From a virus (taxonomy: Duplodnaviria > Caudoviricetes), in IMG/VR virus record IMGVR_UViG_3300047160_014550, positions 2,765 to 66,764 of that record: DNA of 64,000 bases. One strand, given 5' to 3'. The notes beneath the pieces were generated by a model that worked only from the letters and a program-made list of their open reading frames with translations, was not told where the DNA came from and ran no database searches. The position numbers and the translations under genes were made by a program. The stretch's first letter is position 1, and the number at the start of each line of letters is the position of its first letter. Positions 26,671-34,614 of the stretch are shown one piece after another.

Positions 26671-27183
26671 TTAGGAAGCCCGCACGTTGATGCGGGTGAA
26701 GGTCGAGGTCTCGACGCCGTCGGGCAGATCGCCGCCGTTCTCCTGAAGATAACGGCGCACCGCCTCGACTTTCGGCGCTCCGATCTGCATCATCTCCCCG
26801 CCGATGCCTTCCCAACGGTCGAGGCACCAGTCGAGAAACTTTTCGCGATCCATCACTTTGGGCTGCAGGAGATTCGACTTGTAGGCCGTGCCGGCATCGC
26901 ACGAGACCGAGTCGGCTCCGGCTTTGGTGAGCAACACCAGAAGACGGTCTTGAATGGCTTCAAGGCACGACTTGTCCGAAACCAAGACGCCGTTCATGAT
27001 CTTGTTGATCGCCTCGAAATGCAGCTTGAGCTGCAGGTAGCGGGCGATGTACTGCTCGACGGTCGTCTCGTCGGTCCATTCTGCCGTGAGCTGCGTCGTC
27101 AATGCCTGACGGTAAGGGCCAAGAAGCTGCACGAACCCGGTGCAGGCCGTCTCCATGGTCTTTAACAGCTCCTCGATGGTCAT
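26671..27183 (-). CDS. Hypothetical replication-module protein
   Basis: Helical N-terminus, C-terminal LPDGV...INVR; ATG 27183 overlaps upstream stop. Confidence 0.6.
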   Translation of the reverse strand: MTIEELLKTMETACTGFVQLLGPYRQALTTQLTAEWTDETTVEQYIARYLQLKLHFEAINKIMNGVLVSDKSCLEAIQDRLLVLLTKAGADSVSCDAGTAYKSNLLQPKVMDREKFLDWCLDRWEGIGGEMMQIGAPKVEAVRRYLQENGGDLPDGVETSTFTRINVRAS

Positions 27184-27419
27184 TTTAGTTCCTTGGCGTC
27201 GGGTGTCACTTTGCACTCGACGCAAATGAGGTCACTCACGATTGGGTTGTTGGGCTTGGTAATCCCAAAGCCCTCTGACACACGAACCCAGCGATAGTTA
27301 TTGCCACTGCGTATTGCGTTCATATACGGCCAGCCATCTAATTCACTCTCTTCGGCCGTGCCGGTCTTGCCGCACTTGGGACATGTGAGCATGTAACTCC
27401 AATGCTCGTTCGCAGTCAT
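27180..27419 (-). CDS. Small zinc-finger protein
   Basis: CPKCG...CVEC; stop/start overlaps on both sides. Confidence 0.55.
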   Translation of the reverse strand: MTANEHWSYMLTCPKCGKTGTAEESELDGWPYMNAIRSGNNYRWVRVSEGFGITKPNNPIVSDLICVECKVTPDAKELK

Positions 27420-27625
27420 TTGAGTTTTCCCTTTTCTCCCAAATGCTCATGTTGCATCTCCAGACACAGATCGAATTGCCGAACGATCTCGGCAAACAAA
27501 GCTTCATGTCGCTCGAAGGCTGTCTGCCTGAGTGTTTTGTTGCTAGAAAGCACATTGGCAAGCGCCAGTGCCTCGTATCTATCCAAGTGCAGCATGACAG
27601 TGCCGGAAATGCCCAGTATCTTCAT
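27416..27625 (-). CDS. Hypothetical protein
   Basis: Overlapping start/stop coupling on both sides. Confidence 0.5.
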   Translation of the reverse strand: MKILGISGTVMLHLDRYEALALANVLSSNKTLRQTAFERHEALFAEIVRQFDLCLEMQHEHLGEKGKLK

Positions 27626-30057
27626 AGGTCTCCCCTTTCGACAGCCTCAAGAAGCGCCCCCTGCATCGTCTGATGATGCTCCAGGCGGCGAAAAATCTCC
27701 TTCTCCAGCGGGTTCGACGTCAACTGGATGATCGTCACCGGGTAGTTCTGTCCCGGCCGATGCACCCGGCCGTTTCCCTGCTCGTACAACTCGGCCTTGT
27801 CGGTGGCGCCGAACCAGACGACAGTATCGGCAGCCACAAACTCGTTGATTCCATGCGCGGTCGCGGCGGGGTCGCATAGGATCACCCGCAGCGCCGGATC
27901 GGCAGCGAACCGGGCGATCCGCGCCGAACGTTCCTTGAGCGGCACGGACCCATTGATGACCGATACCCCAACCGTTCCCAAGAGTTTGTCATACAATCTT
28001 TGTATTACAGATGTCAACGGGCAAAACACGACCACCTTGCGAGAGGTTTCATCGAGGATCGCCTCCAGTTCGGAAAAGCGCGCGTCGGCGTCGACCGGAT
28101 GCCATGCATGGTCCGAATCGTAGACCGCTCCCATCGAAATCTGCAGGAACTTGGTCCGGTACGACGCCTCGTTCACGGCCGTGATCGTCTTTCCGTCTTT
28201 CATCAGGATCTGGAGATCCTGCTTGAGGCGGTGCATGAGCCTGTCCTGCTCGGCCGAGAGCGGCACCTCGCGCTGCTGAGTGGTGCAGGATGGGCCGTCC
28301 CAGACCTCCTCGATGGGGATGCGCACGGCCGGCGAGAGGTGCTGCCGGGCAAAGTCGTAGCCGCCGGGTTGCGGCACCCACCGGTACTGCGAGACCTTGA
28401 GCATGGTCTTGTCGCGGAAGGACGTAAAAGACAGCCCGTAGGCCCCGTTCACGAGCTTGGCGAGCCCATACGCATCCGTGGGCGCGTTCGGAGTGGGGGT
28501 GGCCGTCATCAGCCACAGGTAGGGCTTAGCCCCATAGACGAGGCGCGCGATGCGATGACGCTTGGTCTGGGCGTCCCGGTAGCCCGACGCCTCGTCCACG
28601 ATGGCAATCTGGATGTCCTCGCGTTCGGCGAGCGCCTTGGAGAAGCCGTCGAGGGCGAATCGGTTGCGCACGTGCGCCCCCACCCCGACGCCGTCGTGGT
28701 TGATGATGTAGAAGTCGACGTCTCGGGCAAGCTGCTCCAGACGCTTTTCCTGCGTGCCGTGCAGGATGGCGAAGGTTCGCTTGGAGAGGAAGTTCCCGAA
28801 AATGGCGTTCGCCCAGACCCGGTCGAGGATCGAGAGCGGAGCGACGATGAGGGCACGGCACGTTCCGCGCGGGTGCTGCCGCATGATGTAGTCGGCCGCC
28901 CACAGCGCCGAGAGCGTCTTGCCGGTGTTGTGGTGGCACAACCCGTGAGCGATGTAGTTCTCTTCGCCCGGCACGTGCATGTCGTAGTAGACGTCGAACC
29001 GGTCATATGTGATATGGACAATAGTGTCCATGGGAGCATCGCATGCCACGAACGGGACGTCCGCGAAAGCATCCCATGGCCGATCTTCGGCAGTTGGTCG
29101 AGCAGGGCTGGAAGACAGGAGATATAGCCTGCAAGTACGGAATAGATTACCGCCTTGTGCATCATCGCATTCAGCAGGAAGGTATTCCATACGTTCCGAG
29201 TCGGAGCGGACGATATAACGGCGGCTGGAAAGGCGGTCGGCAGCATTCAGGAAACTACGTGTATGTCTATTGCCCGGATCATCCGTTCGCGAAAAAGAAC
29301 GGTTGCGTTCTAGAAAGTCGTTTGATGATGGAATTAAAGCTTGGTCGCTACCTTCGTCCAGAGGAGGTCGTGCATCATAAGCAGGGATTCGATAATCATC
29401 CCGACAATCTCGAAGTATTTGAGACGAACGGTGCGCATCTTGCGGCCACGCTGAAAGGCAAGATTCCGAGATGGACCCCGGAAGGGCGCCGTCGAATACT
29501 GGAAGCCGTTCGCCTACCGCGAGGTCCGCGCAGGAAACCCAGCCCCGGCAAGTCAGAAAGTAGTGCTTCCGAGTGACGCTGATGCTGCGGCCGGAAGCGA
29601 ACGTCACCCGATAGAGTTGATCAGTTCCCTTTCGGAAGGGGGCCGGCGCTCGCGTGTAGCCGGTCCTTGTGCGTACCCAGAACGGCTGTCCTGCCGCCGC
29701 CAATGTCGCAATAGGCGTCGGCCCCTGGCCGGTCTCGATCAGCGTCTCGCCTGCTATGCAGCCCATGTCGGAGAAATTAAAGCCCCGGCGGTGCAGGACC
29801 ATGTGATTTGCCTGCATGATCTGCGTCGCGTAGGGCACAATTCCCGGTCGTGCCGGCCAGTCGTAGGTCGACGCGTCCATGACGGGCACAACCGGCAGGT
29901 CGAGGTAGCAGGCGATCTGCATGTTCACTAGCGAGCGCGGCAAGGCCGTGTACGAGCCGTTGATAGCCTTGGCGTTATCGGCCCGCTCCAGCAATTCCTC
30001 GTGGATGCCGCTGTAAACGACGATGTCGCGCTCGCGGTCGTGCCAGATGTCGGTCAT
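27622..30057 (-). CDS. SNF2-family (SF2) helicase precursor with intein in motif I
   Basis: DMG-[intein]-TGKT, VDEAS, MTATP, QGNGRVHRPGQ motifs; about 533 aa after splicing. Confidence 0.9.
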   Translation of the reverse strand: MTDIWHDRERDIVVYSGIHEELLERADNAKAINGSYTALPRSLVNMQIACYLDLPVVPVMDASTYDWPARPGIVPYATQIMQANHMVLHRRGFNFSDMGCIAGETLIETGQGPTPIATLAAAGQPFWVRTRTGYTRAPAPFRKGTDQLYRVTFASGRSISVTRKHYFLTCRGWVSCADLAVGERLPVFDGALPGSISESCLSAWPQDAHRSSQILRDCRDDYRIPAYDARPPLDEGSDQALIPSSNDFLERNRSFSRTDDPGNRHTRSFLNAADRLSSRRYIVRSDSERMEYLPAECDDAQGGNLFRTCRLYLLSSSPARPTAEDRPWDAFADVPFVACDAPMDTIVHITYDRFDVYYDMHVPGEENYIAHGLCHHNTGKTLSALWAADYIMRQHPRGTCRALIVAPLSILDRVWANAIFGNFLSKRTFAILHGTQEKRLEQLARDVDFYIINHDGVGVGAHVRNRFALDGFSKALAEREDIQIAIVDEASGYRDAQTKRHRIARLVYGAKPYLWLMTATPTPNAPTDAYGLAKLVNGAYGLSFTSFRDKTMLKVSQYRWVPQPGGYDFARQHLSPAVRIPIEEVWDGPSCTTQQREVPLSAEQDRLMHRLKQDLQILMKDGKTITAVNEASYRTKFLQISMGAVYDSDHAWHPVDADARFSELEAILDETSRKVVVFCPLTSVIQRLYDKLLGTVGVSVINGSVPLKERSARIARFAADPALRVILCDPAATAHGINEFVAADTVVWFGATDKAELYEQGNGRVHRPGQNYPVTIIQLTSNPLEKEIFRRLEHHQTMQGALLEAVERGDL
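28927..29760 (-). mobile_element. Intein, 278 aa, with no in-frame endonuclease domain
   Basis: N-terminus CIAGETLI, block B VTRKHYFLT, block F YYDMHVPGEENYIAHG, C-terminus HHN, +1 Thr of TGKT. Confidence 0.92.
29043..29576 (+). CDS. HNH endonuclease encoded antisense inside the intein
   Basis: GGGAG RBS 6 nt upstream; N-terminal HTH-like part, WKGGR, YVYCPDHP, VLESRLMME..LGRYL..EEVVHHK...DNL. Confidence 0.85.
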   Translation: MPRTGRPRKHPMADLRQLVEQGWKTGDIACKYGIDYRLVHHRIQQEGIPYVPSRSGRYNGGWKGGRQHSGNYVYVYCPDHPFAKKNGCVLESRLMMELKLGRYLRPEEVVHHKQGFDNHPDNLEVFETNGAHLAATLKGKIPRWTPEGRRRILEAVRLPRGPRRKPSPGKSESSASE

Positions 30058-30144
30058 TTTTAATAGTGTGTTGTGCTGCTTGGATGCCCCAAGCGCATTT
30101 CCGTAGCTTTCATAAAGCTTTCGGCCATGATGTTTACTCCTTCC

Positions 30145-30420
30145 TCAGAAGGGGCAACCATCGCGATGACATCGGTGCCGATATCGCGGTTGTGGAACAG
30201 CGCATTGAATAATCCATACTCCCGCGACGTTCTCAATTCGTGTTGCCACAGTTAACTGCGTTCCATCGCGTGCTTTCCGCAACCGCCTTTGCAGGATAGG
30301 GAGCGTTTCGTTCACCCACTTGATCACATCCGGCTTCAAGATCGGAATCAACCGTTTTTCATCGCCTCCGAGCCCTGCTGCAAATGCCCAATCGAGATTG
30401 AGCTTCATGTATATTTTCAT
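30145..30420 (-). CDS. Hypothetical protein
   Basis: ATGA overlap with VRR-NUC stop. Confidence 0.45.
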   Translation of the reverse strand: MKIYMKLNLDWAFAAGLGGDEKRLIPILKPDVIKWVNETLPILQRRLRKARDGTQLTVATRIENVAGVWIIQCAVPQPRYRHRCHRDGCPF

Positions 30421-30731
30421 GACGTGCTCCGCTGTCCCGTTGGAATAAAGACGCCTCGCCATGCCTCGATGCGCGCGATGATGACCTCGGCCGTGCCCCA
30501 CACCGTCATGCCGCCGGCTTTCTCGATCGCCTTGAGATAAAAGTCCTGCCGTACTGTCGGCTTCTTGCCCGGTCTTTTAACCTCGATGCCCCAGAAAATC
30601 CCGTTGATGCAAGCCAGCATGTCGACGGATTGCACGCCCCAGCCACCCTGAACCGGCGAGAAGACGTAGGCATTGATAGAGGCGAGATACTTGCGGACCT
30701 CGTCCTTCTGGCGACCTTCGGGAGTTTTCAT
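30417..30731 (-). CDS. VRR-NUC domain nuclease
   Basis: PEG..K..V..YL, DMLAC..G.FWGIEVKRPGKKPT.RQ. Confidence 0.85.
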   Translation of the reverse strand: MKTPEGRQKDEVRKYLASINAYVFSPVQGGWGVQSVDMLACINGIFWGIEVKRPGKKPTVRQDFYLKAIEKAGGMTVWGTAEVIIARIEAWRGVFIPTGQRSTS

Positions 30732-30822
30732 GCGGTGTGCCACCCTGGTATGCTTCGTAGCCGGCTTGTAAAATATTCCAGAAACCGTTCCCGGTCCTTC
30801 GGGTGCATGCGGCGCATGCAGG

Positions 30823-31506
30823 TCAGGGCCAGTGATATCTCGGCGTCAGCCCATTGTGCTCGCATTTCTTAACCGGGCAGTATCCACAGAGCGGTCCCGG
30901 TCTTTTTTCGAAGTGCCCGGCCGCCGTGTCGGCCGCGATCTGCATCGACGCGGTCACGATCTTGTCCCACGTTTTGTCCGTGTCGGTCAGGTTGTGGATT
31001 TTGCCCATCTTTCCTTCCCGGAGCCACGCAAACTGCCCGTAGATCGACTTGAGATTGACGTGCGCCGCTTCGAGCAGGACCGCGCCGGTTTGCAATTCGA
31101 GCGGCGCTTCCCAGGGTCGGCCGGTCTTCCAGTCGAGGATGTAGGCGTGCTCGTAATCCGGGCTCACGAGGCTCAGATCCAGCTTGCCGCGAAAGAACGC
31201 CTTGGGAGAGAAGAAGTCGACAAGGTCGCCCTCGCGGTCGACGGCAAGCTGCTGCTCGACTCGCAGCGTGTAGGCCGATTCCTCGTACTTGTCGAAGGTC
31301 ACGGCAAACGTCTCGTAGTGCGCGTGCTCCTTGGGCAGCTTGGTCCCTCGGCCGATGCGGTGCTCCATGGCCTCGTGAACGGCGGTGCCGCGCCGCGTCG
31401 CCTCGTTGCCCTCGAACGGCATCTTGAGCACGTAGCGGTGCTGATACTGATGTGGGCAGACGTTGAGATAAGTGTTCAAGCTGCTGAACGAATGTGGAGA
31501 GGTCAT
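30823..31506 (-). CDS. PD-(D/E)XK exonuclease (RecB/Cas4-like)
   Basis: HSFSSL..Y..CP, RGT.VH, RGKLDL, LDWKTG, C-terminal CGYCPV..C. Confidence 0.85.
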   Translation of the reverse strand: MTSPHSFSSLNTYLNVCPHQYQHRYVLKMPFEGNEATRRGTAVHEAMEHRIGRGTKLPKEHAHYETFAVTFDKYEESAYTLRVEQQLAVDREGDLVDFFSPKAFFRGKLDLSLVSPDYEHAYILDWKTGRPWEAPLELQTGAVLLEAAHVNLKSIYGQFAWLREGKMGKIHNLTDTDKTWDKIVTASMQIAADTAAGHFEKRPGPLCGYCPVKKCEHNGLTPRYHWP

Positions 31507-31512
31507 TTTTGG

Positions 31513-31689
31513 CTACCAGTCATGCTCGTCGCGAAGTTGTCGTTCAGTCTCCCAACGAATTTTTCGAGCAAGCGTCACCGAACGAACGATATCGTCGTAA
31601 TCCCACGTATCCAAAGATGCAAACAACACGGCAGCAAGCTGCGCTATGAACGCAACACGTTCCTCTCGACCCGTTAAACTAGTTTTCAT
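31513..31689 (-). CDS. Hypothetical protein (58 aa)
   Basis: Read by hand: MKTSLTGREERVAFIAQLAAVLF...; fills the gap between polymerase and exonuclease. Confidence 0.45.
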   Translation of the reverse strand: MKTSLTGREERVAFIAQLAAVLFASLDTWDYDDIVRSVTLARKIRWETERQLRDEHDW

Positions 31690-33556
31690 AACGTTCTCCC
31701 AGATGTCCCTCGCACGCCAGCGGAATGCCGGGCAGCCACTCCGGCTCGCGGCGCATTTCCTCCAGGCATATCTCCAAGTTCTTTTCCTCGTGGCCGTCTT
31801 TTGGCAGGAGCAGCAGCAGTTCGTCGTGGGGAATGTTCAGCGTCCTGAAGCCCCGTCTTTTGAGCCGGATCATCGCCTGGGTCACGATCACCCTTGAGAC
31901 CGCCTCGCAGATGTTCTGCGTGAGGACTCCCTGATGAATGACTTTGCGCGCCTCGCGCCGCTTGATCTCCCACCAGCCGCCCCAGCGGGTTTCCGGCAGG
32001 CTCTCGCACTCCTCGGGCGTCGGCACGTACCAGTTCAGGCTGTCGTAGATCAGGCAGGTGCCGTTGGGCAGCCACAGCCGTCTTTTATCGAGGAAGAGCG
32101 GCCCCCACTGCTCGCTCTTGCCGTCGGCGAGCTTCTGCAAGGCCCTTCCGGCGGCGCGCCAGTATTGGACGATGTTCGGCGAGGCGTCGCGATAGATTCG
32201 CTTCCACCGCTCCGCAGTCTCCAAATCAATGGTGACAGGCGGCCCGTAAACACCTAGTCTGGCGGTTCGCTGAATGGTTGCAGCGCCAGCCATATACCCG
32301 CAGCTAAGTTTTAACTGTTTTCCGGTCCCACGTTCACGTTTCATTCCTTTGTCGACCGGGTAGCCGTAGGCTTGCGAGGCGAGCGCGATGTAGGGGTCGA
32401 CGCCGTTTTTGAACTCCGCGAGCGCGTCCAGCTCCCCGGCGAGGTACGAGAGCACCCGGCACTCAATCTGCGAGAGATCGACCGGCGCAAGCAGGAACCC
32501 CTCGGGCGCCAGGATGGCGCGCCTCAAAGGCGACGGCTCCTTGGGGCTGTCCGGGTCGGATCGCTTGAGATTCTGAAAATTCGTGCGGTCGCCCCCCGAG
32601 AACCGCAGGGTCGAGGCCCCACAGTAATTCAGGTAGACCGGCATCGGCCCGCGCGAGTTCATCCACGCGAACGTTTCGGCGCGGGTCTGGATGATGGAGG
32701 ACTTCGCGTCGAGCCGCGCCTCGGCGAGCGCCACGACGATGGGATCGTCGTGCTCCAGCAAGCTGAGCATGTACGGGTCGGTCTTGGCAAAGCAGTATTT
32801 CACGTTGCCTTTGGCGGTGATCTTGGTCTCGGGCTCTTCGGCCTGCGCGCGAAGCAAGTCCGCAAAGCCCTGGTCCGAGCGCAAGTCGTGCCCGTTCACC
32901 TTGAGCTTCGCCTGGGCGTCGGTCCGTCTTTTTTCCTCCCGCTCCCACGCCTCGCGCAGGACCGCGACGTCGGCCCGGAGCACCGGCTCCGTAAACATTC
33001 TTATGGTCTGGTCGATCACCTCGAACTCTTCGCGGGGAAATTCGGGAATTTCCCGGCCATTTCCCCGCGTGAGCAATTCGAAAAGTTTCCACGTCAGCTC
33101 GCAGTCGACGAGGCAGCCGTTGCCGAGCATCGACAAGGTCAGCGGATCGAGGTCTTCGATGCCGTCGAACGACGTGTAGTTTATGGTCTTTCCATGGAGG
33201 TTAAAGTGTTGAGCCAGACTATCCAGCGAGTTGGAAAAGTTGGCTCCCAGCGAATGACGAGCCATCGACAACGTGTCGAACCAGAATCGGGGACGAACCC
33301 CGTAATGATGATTGAGGATGAGTCCGTCGAAATGGGCGTGGTGGGCCAGTACACCCAGCTCGTCCCATCGTTGAGATTGGAAGAAGGCAGCAAGCTGGTC
33401 CCGTGGTATCCAAAACTGTTTTCCATCGTGCCACCGAAACCCGCAAAGATGGGCTTTGAAACGCTTGTCGCGCACGTAGGCTTCCGTCGACATCTTCGAC
33501 AGCGTGTAGTCTTTTGAGCTGTACCTCGTTTCAAAATCAAGGGTGACGATTTTCAT
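31679..33556 (-). CDS. DNA polymerase, family A, with 3'-5' exonuclease
   Basis: LDFET, AHHAHFD, DTLSMA, DLSQIECR, GK..KLSCGY, HDEL motifs. Confidence 0.92.
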   Translation of the reverse strand: MKIVTLDFETRYSSKDYTLSKMSTEAYVRDKRFKAHLCGFRWHDGKQFWIPRDQLAAFFQSQRWDELGVLAHHAHFDGLILNHHYGVRPRFWFDTLSMARHSLGANFSNSLDSLAQHFNLHGKTINYTSFDGIEDLDPLTLSMLGNGCLVDCELTWKLFELLTRGNGREIPEFPREEFEVIDQTIRMFTEPVLRADVAVLREAWEREEKRRTDAQAKLKVNGHDLRSDQGFADLLRAQAEEPETKITAKGNVKYCFAKTDPYMLSLLEHDDPIVVALAEARLDAKSSIIQTRAETFAWMNSRGPMPVYLNYCGASTLRFSGGDRTNFQNLKRSDPDSPKEPSPLRRAILAPEGFLLAPVDLSQIECRVLSYLAGELDALAEFKNGVDPYIALASQAYGYPVDKGMKRERGTGKQLKLSCGYMAGAATIQRTARLGVYGPPVTIDLETAERWKRIYRDASPNIVQYWRAAGRALQKLADGKSEQWGPLFLDKRRLWLPNGTCLIYDSLNWYVPTPEECESLPETRWGGWWEIKRREARKVIHQGVLTQNICEAVSRVIVTQAMIRLKRRGFRTLNIPHDELLLLLPKDGHEEKNLEICLEEMRREPEWLPGIPLACEGHLGERYEN

Positions 33557-33819
33557 CAGTCGTCGTCTCTCGTGCGTCTCAACTCGAAAAAATTCTCTAG
33601 CTCAACCGGATGCCGCCGCATGCACAGCCTCGCCATGCGCGGCGTCCAGTTATTGTTGCATTTGAAATCCTTCATGTTACGCTCGACGTGATAGTGCCAT
33701 CTGATCCGGTGCAGGATGGCCCTTGCCGAATACCGGACAAAACCCTGTCTTCTAAGCTGCAACGCCAGCGTCTCGAACAGGGCATAGACCTCGACCGGGG
33801 GTCTTGAGAACAGGTTTAC
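33556..33819 (-). CDS. Hypothetical phage protein, start uncertain
   Basis: VY.LFE..AL...RYSARAILHRIRW...FKCNNNW.P.MARL pattern recalled from other phages; no clear ATG. Confidence 0.55.
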   Translation of the reverse strand, partial: VNLFSRPPVEVYALFETLALQLRRQGFVRYSARAILHRIRWHYHVERNMKDFKCNNNWTPRMARLCMRRHPVELENFFELRRTRDDD

Positions 33820-34124
33820 GTGGGCACTAGACGGTAGGTGCCGCCCACGCCCCGGTTCTTCGGCCCGCCCCAGTTGTCGCATTTGATCCGCCATCCGACG
33901 AGCTTTCGGTTGAGGTTGGAGATGTGCGTCTGATAACTCCGCGACAGCGGTCCGCCGTCCGCGCCATAAAGACGGGACAGCAGACGTTCGAGCACGATGC
34001 CATGCTCGCCGGCCGCAGCGACGATGTCGAGAATGCGCTTCTCCGACCACGTCATGCGGGCGTAGCCTTCGTAGACTGCCGCCGCCGCCGGGATGGCCTG
34101 ACCGCACTGGGCGCAGATGTTCAT
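33816..34124 (-). CDS. Zn-finger plus winged-helix DNA-binding protein
   Basis: CAQCG; MTWSEKRILD...LLSRLYG...THISNLNRKL (OmpR-like wHTH). Confidence 0.65.
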   Translation of the reverse strand: MNICAQCGQAIPAAAAVYEGYARMTWSEKRILDIVAAAGEHGIVLERLLSRLYGADGGPLSRSYQTHISNLNRKLVGWRIKCDNWGGPKNRGVGGTYRLVPT

Positions 34125-34369
34125 GCCGCGTTCCAATCAAAGACGCCGCCGTCCATCAGTTCTTGGTGAAGCCCCGCGCAGGCGAGCTTGTAGCGCCGCC
34201 ACGTACGCGGATCGACGGGCTTGGCCGGAAATTGCGAGCCTGCCCTGGGCCGGATACCCTTCTCCATCCAGTAGACGGTGATGGCGGCGAGTCCTAGTCT
34301 TTCCGCCAGCTCGCGCCTCGAAAGGTGCAACGATTCGCGCCATGCCCTGGCTTTGTCATACTCTGTCAT
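34121..34369 (-). CDS. XRE-family HTH regulator
   Basis: ARAWRESLHLSRRELAERLGL..ITVYWMEKG. Confidence 0.8.
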   Translation of the reverse strand: MTEYDKARAWRESLHLSRRELAERLGLAAITVYWMEKGIRPRAGSQFPAKPVDPRTWRRYKLACAGLHQELMDGGVFDWNAA

Positions 34370-34372
34370 GCC

Positions 34373-34405
34373 TTGCACAATAATAAAGTTTAGTCTACTT
34401 TGCAA
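34373..34405. promoter_or_regulatory. Overlapping divergent sigma70-type promoters
   Basis: Plus: TTGCAC-17-TACTTT (34373-34401); minus: TTGCAA-17-TATTGT (34405-34377). Confidence 0.65.
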
Positions 34406-34614
34406 GTTCTAAATCGGTTCGCGTGTCGCGTGCAATGCTGGACCGCTGCATAACGAACGGCCTTGACCATGACATATCGAAGGTATCGATTGGGTGACAG
34501 AAAAAGCGCCCCATCAAATGAACGGGGCGCGGGGTCAAGTCTCGGGAGTCATAGGGGCACTGAACGCTTTCCCTTGTAGCTGACAACCATTCATAACGCA
34601 AGGGGTTGTAGGAA

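Noticed and set aside
30060-30128. 22-aa ORF with GGAG RBS before the helicase
   Set aside because: Too short to support without conservation data
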